64,000 bases of DNA. Origin: an uncultured Bacilli bacterium (lineage in GTDB: Bacteria; Bacillota_I; Bacilli_A; RF39; UBA660). The DNA is taken from assembly GCA_934098665.1 (NCBI GenBank), contig CAKOOO010000001.1:106752-170751 (forward strand), in the 5' to 3' direction. The notes beneath the pieces were generated by a model. It searched no databases. It was not told the DNA's origin and was given only the letters and a program-made list of their open reading frames with translations. Of the stretch, positions 55,841-64,000 are shown one piece after another. How positions within the stretch are numbered: position 1 is the stretch's first letter; each line of letters starts with the position of its first letter. Both the position numbers and the translations under genes were made by a program.

Positions 55841-56935
55841 TTACTTACTCAAGGTTAAGGTTTTATCAGCATTTAAGGCCACATTTATACCTGTAATATT
55901 TTGGACAGAAATTGAGTCTTGTCCTTGCACAACATAAGATGGTGGTACATTTACACTACTTGTAAGTGCACTATTTGAATATCCAACATAAGATGAATAA
56001 TTTATAATTTTACTAACAGTTGTATAGTTTGTATAAGCACATGCTTGTAAGTATGAACCAGCTGCACATGTAGTGGCACTTCTTGGGCTTACTAAAGATG
56101 TATCCCCATTTTGAACATGAATTGTAGTTTCATAAGTATTACCAGAATAAGTTACAATTAAATTATATGTTCCATTTGGTACACCTAAAAGTGAAAAAGT
56201 TCCATCAGAGGCTGTTGTTACAGTAGATTTATTTTTCATATCATTATTTTGAATAGATATTACTGCCCCACTTACAGCACTAGAACCATTTTTTACAGTT
56301 CCAGATAAATTATATAGTGATTTGGCTATTAAAGGTTCCTGATTAATACTAGCATCTAAATAAATAAGCTTTTCATCAAACTCATCTGGTGTATTTGGAT
56401 TAAGCCATGCTTTTATATAATAAGTTTTACTATCACTACTTGCTGCAAAATTAGCATACGAAAGAAGATAAACATCATTATAATGATCTGATGTATCTAC
56501 TGAAGATAGCGGAAGCTCAGTAATTGAAACAGGCCCTACAATTGGCGTAGTACTACTTTCACTATCAAATACAGCTATTCTAACAAACTCTAAAGGTACT
56601 AAATCTTCTTTAACATTTCCTGATGGAATACTTTTCACAGAATATGAAAAATTTATACTATAAAAAACGGTATATTGATTATTTTTAGAAACAGAAAGTT
56701 TAGCATAAGTAGTCTGATTTATTCCCTCTTCATCTGTCAAAGGAACAATTTCAGCATTAGTTAAAGTAGTGTATGAAACAGTTGCATTTAAATTACCCGT
56801 TTTAATATTTTGATTAACAGTATTCGAAGAAAGTTTAGAAATAAACGCATAACTTGTTCCAAGCGAAACACATGCAAAAGAAATAATTGCAAAAATAGTA
56901 ACAATCATCATACCTTTTCTTTTCATACCCTTCAC
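55841..56935 (-). CDS. secreted protein with a carboxypeptidase-regulatory-like (CarboxypepD_reg) domain
   Basis: The N-terminal signal carries SYAFISK. The C-terminal region SGTVKNGSSAVSGAVISIQNND...ASDGTFSLLGVPNGTYNLIV is CarboxypepD_reg-like. Confidence 0.5.
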   Translation of the reverse strand: MKGMKRKGMMIVTIFAIISFACVSLGTSYAFISKLSSNTVNQNIKTGNLNATVSYTTLTNAEIVPLTDEEGINQTTYAKLSVSKNNQYTVFYSINFSYSVKSIPSGNVKEDLVPLEFVRIAVFDSESSTTPIVGPVSITELPLSSVDTSDHYNDVYLLSYANFAASSDSKTYYIKAWLNPNTPDEFDEKLIYLDASINQEPLIAKSLYNLSGTVKNGSSAVSGAVISIQNNDMKNKSTVTTASDGTFSLLGVPNGTYNLIVTYSGNTYETTIHVQNGDTSLVSPRSATTCAAGSYLQACAYTNYTTVSKIINYSSYVGYSNSALTSSVNVPPSYVVQGQDSISVQNITGINVALNADKTLTLSK

Positions 56936-56975
56936 CTATTATAAATAATAACACAATTTTTTCTTTGAAACAATA

Positions 56976-57320
56976 TCATAAAAAGTTATTTTTACTTTTT
57001 TCAAAATTTTGTAAATAAAAACTTTCCTTTTTACCTAAAAATTTTTTTATATTTTGATTAAAAATTTTTATTATTTCAGCATTTATTTTTTTATCAGTAT
57101 TTTTATTAAATATGATTAGTTTAATATCTAAACTTAATTTACTAAACATATTTTCCATAAAAAAAATATTTTTCTTAAGTAATTTATTTTTTAAATATTC
57201 ATACTTATTTATTTCATATTTTATTTTTTCTTTTAAAGTTTTATCTTTTGCATTAAAATAATAATATTTTAGTTTTTCTACAGTATCATTTAAACATATA
57301 TAAATTTCTTTATGATTCAC
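56976..57320 (-). CDS. hypothetical protein
   Basis: 114 aa, Lys-rich, with no motif found. Confidence 0.35.
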   Translation of the reverse strand: MNHKEIYICLNDTVEKLKYYYFNAKDKTLKEKIKYEINKYEYLKNKLLKKNIFFMENMFSKLSLDIKLIIFNKNTDKKINAEIIKIFNQNIKKFLGKKESFYLQNFEKSKNNFL

Positions 57321-57360
57321 AAAAAAACACCTATATTTAGTATAAGTGTTTTTATAATAA

Positions 57361-58995
57361 TTATACTTCTTGAACTACTGCTATAATCATTGGTTTACAT
57401 TCAGTTTCTTCGTATAAATATTTTCCTAATTCTTCTCTAATTTGAGTTCTAATTAAATTATAATCAACATATTTTGGAGTAATATTATCATTAATTACTT
57501 TTTCACATATTTTTTTAATTTCTTCGATCATTTCTTTAGAATCTTTTACATATATAAAACCACGAGTTACTATTTCTGGTCCCACTAAAAGAACTTTATC
57601 TTTTTTAGAAACAGTGGCGCTTATTAAAACAATTCCATTTTCTGCTAAAACTTCCCTATCTTTAATTACTAAATCACCTATATCATCAGATGATTTTCCA
57701 TCTATAAAGATATCATCAACGTTAAAATGATTAAATTTATCTAATAGGGTTTTATCTTCAATTTCTACAACATCACCATTTTGTTTTAAAATAATATTTT
57801 CACTACTTATACCAAGAGCACTTGCAACATTTGCATTACCTACCATATATCTATAATCACCTTTTACAGGCATATAATATGTTGGACTTACAAGTTTTAT
57901 CATTAGCATTAAATCTTCTTTTGAGGCATGTTGAAGTACTGAATATTTTTTTGGAATATCAATTACATTACATCCATATTTAGCAAGTTCATTTTCCATT
58001 TTAACAAATAATTTTTCACTACTATCATATTTTGGCTCTGCGAAAACAATTGTATCACTATTAAGAAGCGATACATATTTATCATATCCTGTATAAATTT
58101 TATTTATGCTTGCATAAGGATTTGCTCTATCATCACAAATAAGTATTATAACGTTTTCATCCTTTAAATTAGATAAATCTCCTATAGTATTTTCTGGTAT
58201 AGTTAAATAACCATTTTGAATAGAATATGATATCATATTCTGAAGTTTTTTACCCATTAACACAACTTTACGATGAGTATTTTCTACAGCATGAAATATT
58301 TCTGCAATAGTATATAAATGATCAGGAAACACACTAAAAATTATTCTTTTTTCGTTATGTTTTACTACATCTTTAAAAAAATCAATTAATTTATGTTTCG
58401 GCGATGTATGTCCTGGATTTTCAGAAAATATTGATTCACTTAATAAACATAAAACGCCTTGTTTACCTACATAAGCTATTTTACCTAAATCTGTTTCGTA
58501 ACTTCCCATCATACTTGGATCAATAGTAAAATCTCCGGTATAACAAATACTTCCATCTTTTGTATATAAAACATACATTAATGCATCAGGAATAGAATGA
58601 GAAATAGCGATTGGAAATATTGAACACTCACCAAAAGATATTTTTTTATGAGCTTTAATTTCTATAATATTCTTTTCATTTACGCCATCTTCCATTAAAC
58701 AAAATTTTGTAAATTTACTTGCATAAATCTTCAAAGTAGGAATTTGCATTAATAAATCGCATACACTTCCCATATTTTCTTGATGACCATGAGTTATAAA
58801 TACACCTTTAATTCTTTTTTTATTTTTAATTAAATAAGAAAAATCTGGTATTATATAATCTATTCCTAAAAGGTTACCAGTTGCATATTTAAGTCCAGCA
58901 TCAAATACAAATATATCATCGTCAACTTCAACGACATAGCAGTTTTTACCATTTTCGTTCAAACCACCCAAACCAAAAATTTTAATTTTACTCAT
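57361..58995 (-). CDS. rnj: ribonuclease J
   Basis: 544 aa. The metallo-beta-lactamase motif is HGHQENMG and the N-terminus is KIFGLGGLNENGKNCYVV. Confidence 0.9.
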   Translation of the reverse strand: MSKIKIFGLGGLNENGKNCYVVEVDDDIFVFDAGLKYATGNLLGIDYIIPDFSYLIKNKKRIKGVFITHGHQENMGSVCDLLMQIPTLKIYASKFTKFCLMEDGVNEKNIIEIKAHKKISFGECSIFPIAISHSIPDALMYVLYTKDGSICYTGDFTIDPSMMGSYETDLGKIAYVGKQGVLCLLSESIFSENPGHTSPKHKLIDFFKDVVKHNEKRIIFSVFPDHLYTIAEIFHAVENTHRKVVLMGKKLQNMISYSIQNGYLTIPENTIGDLSNLKDENVIILICDDRANPYASINKIYTGYDKYVSLLNSDTIVFAEPKYDSSEKLFVKMENELAKYGCNVIDIPKKYSVLQHASKEDLMLMIKLVSPTYYMPVKGDYRYMVGNANVASALGISSENIILKQNGDVVEIEDKTLLDKFNHFNVDDIFIDGKSSDDIGDLVIKDREVLAENGIVLISATVSKKDKVLLVGPEIVTRGFIYVKDSKEMIEEIKKICEKVINDNITPKYVDYNLIRTQIREELGKYLYEETECKPMIIAVVQEV

Positions 58996-59164
58996 ATTAT
59001 CACTCTTTTCTTTAAAGTTTTCTTGGCTAGAAGTATTGTATCAAATAATCAAAGATTTTTCAAGTACAGTAAGTTTATAACTTTTATAAAAATAATGTAA
59101 AAGCACTTGAAAGTTAGTAAAACATTTGATAAAATAGTTATGCAAAAAGGAAGGAAGAAAAATT

Positions 59165-59428
59165 ATGGCAAATATCAAAAGTTCAAAAAAAGCAATTAAA
59201 GTTATCGCAAAAAAAACTGATAATAACCATGAAGCAAAAGCAAAAGTTAAAAATTTAATCAAAGATATAGAAAAACTAATTGCTGCTGAAGATAAAGAAG
59301 GTGCTTCAAAATTATATAGTACTTTTCAAAAAGCATGTGATAACGCTTTAAGTAAAGGCTTAATTAAAGCTAATACTGCTGATAGACAAAAATCAAGATT
59401 ATCATTAAAAATCAAAAATATGAAGTAG
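59165..59428 (+). CDS. rpsT: 30S ribosomal protein S20
   Basis: MANIKSSKKAIKV... with a typical basic 87-aa S20. Confidence 0.9.
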   Translation: MANIKSSKKAIKVIAKKTDNNHEAKAKVKNLIKDIEKLIAAEDKEGASKLYSTFQKACDNALSKGLIKANTADRQKSRLSLKIKNMK

Positions 59429-59477
59429 TTATTAAAAACTGCTTTTTTTATTTAATAATTTTTGTTAAAATAATGTT

Positions 59478-60458
59478 ATGAGAAAATTTATTGTTAGCAT
59501 TATATGTGCCATTTTATTATTAATAGTTTCTTATAAAGCAAATTTTATAAGTGATTTTATATCAAAAAAAATAACCGAAAATCCTAAACTTATCATAAAT
59601 GATAAAAATGAATATGCTATAGAAAATAATTTTTTATTTGTACAAAATACAAAATCATTTACTGCCTATTCATATAATGATTTACTTAATATAATTTACA
59701 CTACTATAAATTATGGTTGGGATAACTTTACATTTTATTGTCCTAATGAATATACATCATGTATGAAAGATATAGAAAATATTTCAAAAGATGATTTAAC
59801 CTTAACTCATATTAATAATTATGTTCATCCATTCAATAGTTTTACAAACATGAAAACAAGTATAATGGAATCTGGTGAAATTACTTTAGAAATAAATTAT
59901 TTATATACAAAAGAGGAAATAGAAAAAATAAATGAAAAGGTTAATAGTCTTTTAAGTGAACTTATTACTGAAAATGAATCAAACTATGAAAAAATCAAAA
60001 TAATACATGATTATATTATAAATAATACTAAATATGATGTTGAAAGAAATAAAAATGGTGATAGTCCATATAAATCATATTTAGCATGGGGTCCCCTTTT
60101 TGAGGGCTATGCAACATGTAATGGTTATACTGATTTAATGGCAATATTTTTAAATAAACTAAATATAGTTAACTATAAAATAGCTACTACTAAAGAAAGT
60201 ATTAATACTTCTTCGAATGGCCATATTTGGAATGGTGTATATCTTGATGGTAAATGGCTACATTTAGATTTAACATGGGACGACCCAGTAAGTGAAGATG
60301 GAAAAGATTATTTATATCATAAATACTTTTTAGTGGATACCAAGTCACTTATGGAAGTTGATAGTGGTAAAGTTGAAATCGAAGAACATAATTTTGATAA
60401 AAATTATTATTTAGAGTATAATGATCAAATTAATAATTTAAAAACTGAAAAGAACTAA
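59478..60458 (+). CDS. transglutaminase-like superfamily cysteine-protease-domain protein, N-terminally anchored
   Basis: Catalytic triad context YATCNGYTDL...NGHIWNGVYLDGKWLHLDLTWDD. Confidence 0.65.
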   Translation: MRKFIVSIICAILLLIVSYKANFISDFISKKITENPKLIINDKNEYAIENNFLFVQNTKSFTAYSYNDLLNIIYTTINYGWDNFTFYCPNEYTSCMKDIENISKDDLTLTHINNYVHPFNSFTNMKTSIMESGEITLEINYLYTKEEIEKINEKVNSLLSELITENESNYEKIKIIHDYIINNTKYDVERNKNGDSPYKSYLAWGPLFEGYATCNGYTDLMAIFLNKLNIVNYKIATTKESINTSSNGHIWNGVYLDGKWLHLDLTWDDPVSEDGKDYLYHKYFLVDTKSLMEVDSGKVEIEEHNFDKNYYLEYNDQINNLKTEKN

Positions 60459-61315
60459 TTATCCTTTCCAGTTTTTTTTATAAATTCATATATTTCATTT
60501 TCTGTTTTTGAAAAATTTTCTATATCTATATTAAACCAATTTAAATTAAGTTGATTATTAAACCAAGTATATTGTCTTTTTACATAATGTCTTGTATTTT
60601 TTTTAATATTTTCTATAGCATTTTCTAAAGTTTCATTTCCTTTTAAATATTCAATTAACTCTTTATAACCTATGGCTCTTTTTAATATTTTACTTTCAGG
60701 ATACTTTTTATATAAATCAGTAGTCTCCTTCAAAAGGCCTTTTTTCATCATATTATCTACTCTTTTATCACATAAAGAATAAATAGTTTTTCTTTCTGTA
60801 GTAAGTCCAATAAAAATAACATCATATAAAAGTTTATCTTTGTTAAAAGTTTGCCTTTCTCTATTTAAAAAATTAATTAATCTTACTCTATTATTTTCAT
60901 GTAATGGAAAGTTTTCATCTTTTTGTTTTGCTAAAAGATATAATTCATGGTTTGTTAAATTATCATAATTTTCCTCTTTTTTTTCAAAAAATTTATAATC
61001 ATAAAATAATGATTTAATATAAAGGCCTGTTCCCCCAACAACTATAATATTTTTATTTTTATTTTTATTTAAAATTTTTCGAGCATCATTTTGATAATTC
61101 ATTACACTATAATCTTCATTAGGATTTTTTATATCAAAAAGATAATGCTCTTGTACTTTCATTTCTTCTTTAGTAATTTTTGCACTTCCTATATTAAGCT
61201 TTTTATATATTTGAGTTGCATCAGCATTTATTATAATACCATTTAATTTTTCAGCAATAAATTCACTTACTCTTGTTTTACCTACTCCAGTTGGTCCACA
61301 TATACATATAATCAT
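60455..61315 (-). CDS. miaA: tRNA dimethylallyltransferase
   Basis: The P-loop is IICICGPTGVGKT. The start was placed at that internal Met; the ORF-track start at 61384 would overlap the tmcAL start codon. Confidence 0.9.
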   Translation of the reverse strand: MIICICGPTGVGKTRVSEFIAEKLNGIIINADATQIYKKLNIGSAKITKEEMKVQEHYLFDIKNPNEDYSVMNYQNDARKILNKNKNKNIIVVGGTGLYIKSLFYDYKFFEKKEENYDNLTNHELYLLAKQKDENFPLHENNRVRLINFLNRERQTFNKDKLLYDVIFIGLTTERKTIYSLCDKRVDNMMKKGLLKETTDLYKKYPESKILKRAIGYKELIEYLKGNETLENAIENIKKNTRHYVKRQYTWFNNQLNLNWFNIDIENFSKTENEIYEFIKKTGKDN

Positions 61316-61382
61316 AAAATTTCCTTTCAAGTTTATTATATTATAAATTGACAAATAATGAAATATTTTATATATTAATTGC

Positions 61383-62486
61383 ATGGAAATAATAGGAATA
61401 ATTGCAGAATATAATCCATTTCACAATGGACATTTATATCATATTAATAAAATAAAAAAAATGTATCCAAAAAGCATATTAATTGCCGTTATAAATGGAT
61501 ACTTTTTACAGCGTGGTGAAGTAAGTATAATACCTAAATATGCAAAAGCTAAAATAGCCTTAAACTCTAAAGTTGATATTGTTATTTCTCTTCCTTCACT
61601 TTATGGAACCCAAAGTGCGGATAATTTTGCAGATGCAAGCATAAAATTACTAAATCATTTAGGATGTAAAAAAATAATTTTTGGTAGTGAGTGTAATGAT
61701 ATTGAAAAACTTAAAAAAATTGCATATAAATCACTTGCACTTGAAAAAGATAAAAATGTAAAAGAAAATTTAAAAAGTGGAATAAATTATCCCACTGTAC
61801 TTTCTAAATTAATTAATGAAGACTTTAATTATAATCCAAATGATTTACTTGGAATATGTTATATAAAATCTATAATAAAAAATAATTTTGATATTTCCCC
61901 TATTACAATTCAAAGAACAAATGATTATCTTGATAAAGAAAGTAATGAAAAAATAGTTAGTGCATTAAATATTCGAAGTAAAATTAAAAATAACGAAGAT
62001 ATAAGTAAATTTTTACCTAGTTATTCAAAAAATGAAATAATTAAAGTTAATCAAAATCTATTATTTAATTTAATAAAAATAACTATTTTAAATAATGATA
62101 TAAGTGATATTTTAGATGTAGATGTATCACTTAATAATAAATTAAAAAAAGTTATTAAAAATGTAAATAGTTATGAAATGTTAATAAATAGTTTAAAATC
62201 TAAAAAATATACTTATAACAAAATAAATAGAATGCTTATACATATACTACTCAATATTAAAAAAGATGATGCAAATAATAAAATAACATATATAAATATA
62301 CTAGGATTTAATAAAACAGGTAAAAATTATTTAAATAGTATTAAAAGTAATTTAGATGTTTCTTTAAAAAAAGATAAAAATTCAAAATGCTTTGATATAG
62401 AATATAAATCATCAATTATATATGATATGTTGACAAATTTAAATGAACAAAAAAAAGAGTTAGAAAATAGACCAATTATTTTCTAA
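61383..62486 (+). CDS. tmcAL: tRNA(Met) cytidine acetate ligase (TmcAL/YlbM-family nucleotidyltransferase)
   Basis: MEIIGIIAEYNPFHNGHLYHI is the HxGH nucleotidyltransferase motif characteristic of YlbM/TmcAL. Confidence 0.75.
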   Translation: MEIIGIIAEYNPFHNGHLYHINKIKKMYPKSILIAVINGYFLQRGEVSIIPKYAKAKIALNSKVDIVISLPSLYGTQSADNFADASIKLLNHLGCKKIIFGSECNDIEKLKKIAYKSLALEKDKNVKENLKSGINYPTVLSKLINEDFNYNPNDLLGICYIKSIIKNNFDISPITIQRTNDYLDKESNEKIVSALNIRSKIKNNEDISKFLPSYSKNEIIKVNQNLLFNLIKITILNNDISDILDVDVSLNNKLKKVIKNVNSYEMLINSLKSKKYTYNKINRMLIHILLNIKKDDANNKITYINILGFNKTGKNYLNSIKSNLDVSLKKDKNSKCFDIEYKSSIIYDMLTNLNEQKKELENRPIIF

Positions 62487-62491
62487 CTTTT

Positions 62492-63535
62492 TTAACTTAA
62501 TGAACAAGTATATTTTTGAGTATTACGATAATAATTACTTATCATACTATATGATTTTGGAAATGAACCATTATATTCTTTATCTAAAATATCTGTAGTT
62601 AAAAGCTGTGCAAGTGTTATTTCATTATTATCATAATCAAGTATTGCATAACCTTTAGTATCATCAACTGTAAGTATACCATCATTAATAGTTCTTACAG
62701 CATTTTCATATTCATTTTTAGTATCATATTTATGTTTAAACATCCTTATTGAGGCATTCATATTTTCTTTTTCATTATTAAAAACTATTTTATCAGTAAC
62801 CATTTCATTTGGACTTACACAACTGAAAATCATTTTAGGTTCACTATCAAGAACATATACAAAAGATGTAACTATATTTTCATTATTTTCTAAATCTGCT
62901 ACTTTTATATTAATACCATGAATACCACTTTCATTTAATGCGGCACTAACTTCATCAGTATTTTCAAATGTATATGTATAGTTTTCTGTAGATGTTACAA
63001 GTCTTTGTGCATTAACTTCATTACCCTTTGTAACATAAATAAGATTTGTTTTAACATTTAATAGTTTTGTTTGCTCTTTTAAAATAACTTTATACACTCC
63101 AGATTTTTTTTCATTATTACATGTAACAAAGTAAGTATATTCACCTTCTTTAGTAATATCAACTTTACTTACATCTAATATGCATGAGGTTATATCGACT
63201 TTTGAAAAGTTACCATAATCATTAATATTTTGAGATATTGTTCCATTAACATAAGACTCCATATTACTTAAAATAAATAGATTCTCATTTGTATTATTTG
63301 CATTATCATTATTTTTAGCAAGACGTAAATAATAGTAAACACCAAAAGCTACACCACCCATTAAAATAAGTATTAAAAGTGTAAAAAGAAAATTTTTTAT
63401 AAATGAAGTTTTTTTCTTTGGTTTATTTTCATTAGAATTATTTTCTTTTTGTTTATTTTCCTCAGGTACATCTAAAGTTTCAATAACATCCACTAAAGTA
63501 GGATCTGTTCCTATTTCATTTTTCACATTTATCAC
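62492..63535 (-). CDS. hypothetical N-terminally anchored extracellular protein
   Basis: 347 aa with a charged N-terminus, one TM (FLFTLLILILMGGVAFGVYYYL) and an Asn-rich linker. Confidence 0.45.
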   Translation of the reverse strand: MINVKNEIGTDPTLVDVIETLDVPEENKQKENNSNENKPKKKTSFIKNFLFTLLILILMGGVAFGVYYYLRLAKNNDNANNTNENLFILSNMESYVNGTISQNINDYGNFSKVDITSCILDVSKVDITKEGEYTYFVTCNNEKKSGVYKVILKEQTKLLNVKTNLIYVTKGNEVNAQRLVTSTENYTYTFENTDEVSAALNESGIHGINIKVADLENNENIVTSFVYVLDSEPKMIFSCVSPNEMVTDKIVFNNEKENMNASIRMFKHKYDTKNEYENAVRTINDGILTVDDTKGYAILDYDNNEITLAQLLTTDILDKEYNGSFPKSYSMISNYYRNTQKYTCSLS

Positions 63536-63566
63536 CCTTTATTCTTATATTTAAATTATATAATTT

Positions 63567-64000
63567 TTACATATTTTTTGCAAGACCAGTAAATTCATCT
63601 CCACGAGTTTCAAATTTATCATATTGATCCCAACTTGCACTCGCAGGAGATAAAAGAACTACACCTTTTTTTAGGTTATCATTTTTTATACTTTGCATTG
63701 CTACATTTAAAGTATAACATTTTTCACACAAAATATTCATGCTTTTTGCATACTCATAAACTTCATCAGTTGTTTCTCCAATAGCATATATTTTTTTTAC
63801 ATTTTTAATTGCATTATCAAGTTCATGAAAATTTTGGTTTCTTTGCATACCCCCTAAAATAAGATAAGTATCTTCCTCAAAAGCATTTAAGGCAGTAATT
63901 GTACTTGTTGGATTAGTGGCTTTTGAGTCATTAAAATATTTTACGCCATCCTTTTCACATATAAATTCAATACGATGTTTTACACCTTTAAAATGTTTAA
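63567..64000 (-). CDS. murD: UDP-N-acetylmuramoylalanine--D-glutamate ligase, C-terminal part (the gene continues beyond the window)
   Basis: Translating the minus strand past the ORF-track Met gives ...HRIEFICEKDGVKYFNDSKATNPTSTITALNAFEEDTYLILGGMQRNQNF..., which is the MurD C-terminal domain. Confidence 0.85.
   Translation of the reverse strand, partial: KHFKGVKHRIEFICEKDGVKYFNDSKATNPTSTITALNAFEEDTYLILGGMQRNQNFHELDNAIKNVKKIYAIGETTDEVYEYAKSMNILCEKCYTLNVAMQSIKNDNLKKGVVLLSPASASWDQYDKFETRGDEFTGLAKNM

Noticed and set aside
59041-59262. ORF 59041..59262 (-) overlapping the rpsT start
   Set aside because: It is antisense to the rpsT promoter and 5' end. It is hydrophobic, low-complexity and AT-rich, so it is probably an artefact.
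61315-61385. Apparent overlap of the divergent miaA and tmcAL start codons (CATG shared)
   Set aside because: The MiaA P-loop (IICICGPTGVGKT) begins right after an internal Met 23 codons downstream. The extended N-terminus is probably not translated, which leaves a normal about 67-nt divergent promoter region.
1-64000. A check for a CRISPR array, rRNA or tRNA genes
   Set aside because: No regularly spaced direct repeats were seen, and no rRNA-like or tRNA cloverleaf-like conserved blocks in the intergenic regions inspected. An absence of evidence by eye does not exclude small ncRNAs.

Overview
This is a very AT-rich (about 25% GC) chromosomal segment from a low-GC anaerobic Firmicute (Clostridia-like). 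The support is anaerobic nrdDG, a T-box-regulated ileS, dockerin and sortase/SipW-type surface proteins, and YjcZ-like sporulation micro-ORFs. Housekeeping genes are dense: fpg, polA, tsf, rpsB, a P-type ATPase, rseP, cdsA, divIVA/sepF, ileS, nrdDG, murC, dusB, lysS, RNase J, rpsT, miaA, tmcAL and a partial murD. Three accessory regions stand out. (1) At 10.3-14.9 kb there is a diversity-generating retroelement (DGR)-like locus. Two paralogous secreted proteins carry C-terminal variable repeats that end in the GC-rich motif GCGGCTAGGCC. Between them lie a 57-nt Asn-codon-rich template-repeat-like segment and a reverse transcriptase that is split into two out-of-order fragments, so the element looks decayed or rearranged. 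(2) At 4.1-8.3 kb, a small defence island sits between polA and tsf. It holds an AbiEi/AbiEii pair and an AbiL-like AAA-ATPase + RloB pair, the latter flanked by about 58-bp hairpin-containing direct repeats. (3) Several cell-surface systems are present: a 1546-aa dockerin-bearing papain-like protease next to a PT-linker anchored protein, a class B sortase with an unusual N-terminal extension plus an NPETG substrate, TasA/camelysin-like proteins with SipW-type signals, and a 708-aa type IV pilin-like protein. Coordinates for CDSs follow the supplied ORF track unless a better start was evident. All functional calls rest on motif recognition by eye and need a homology search to confirm.
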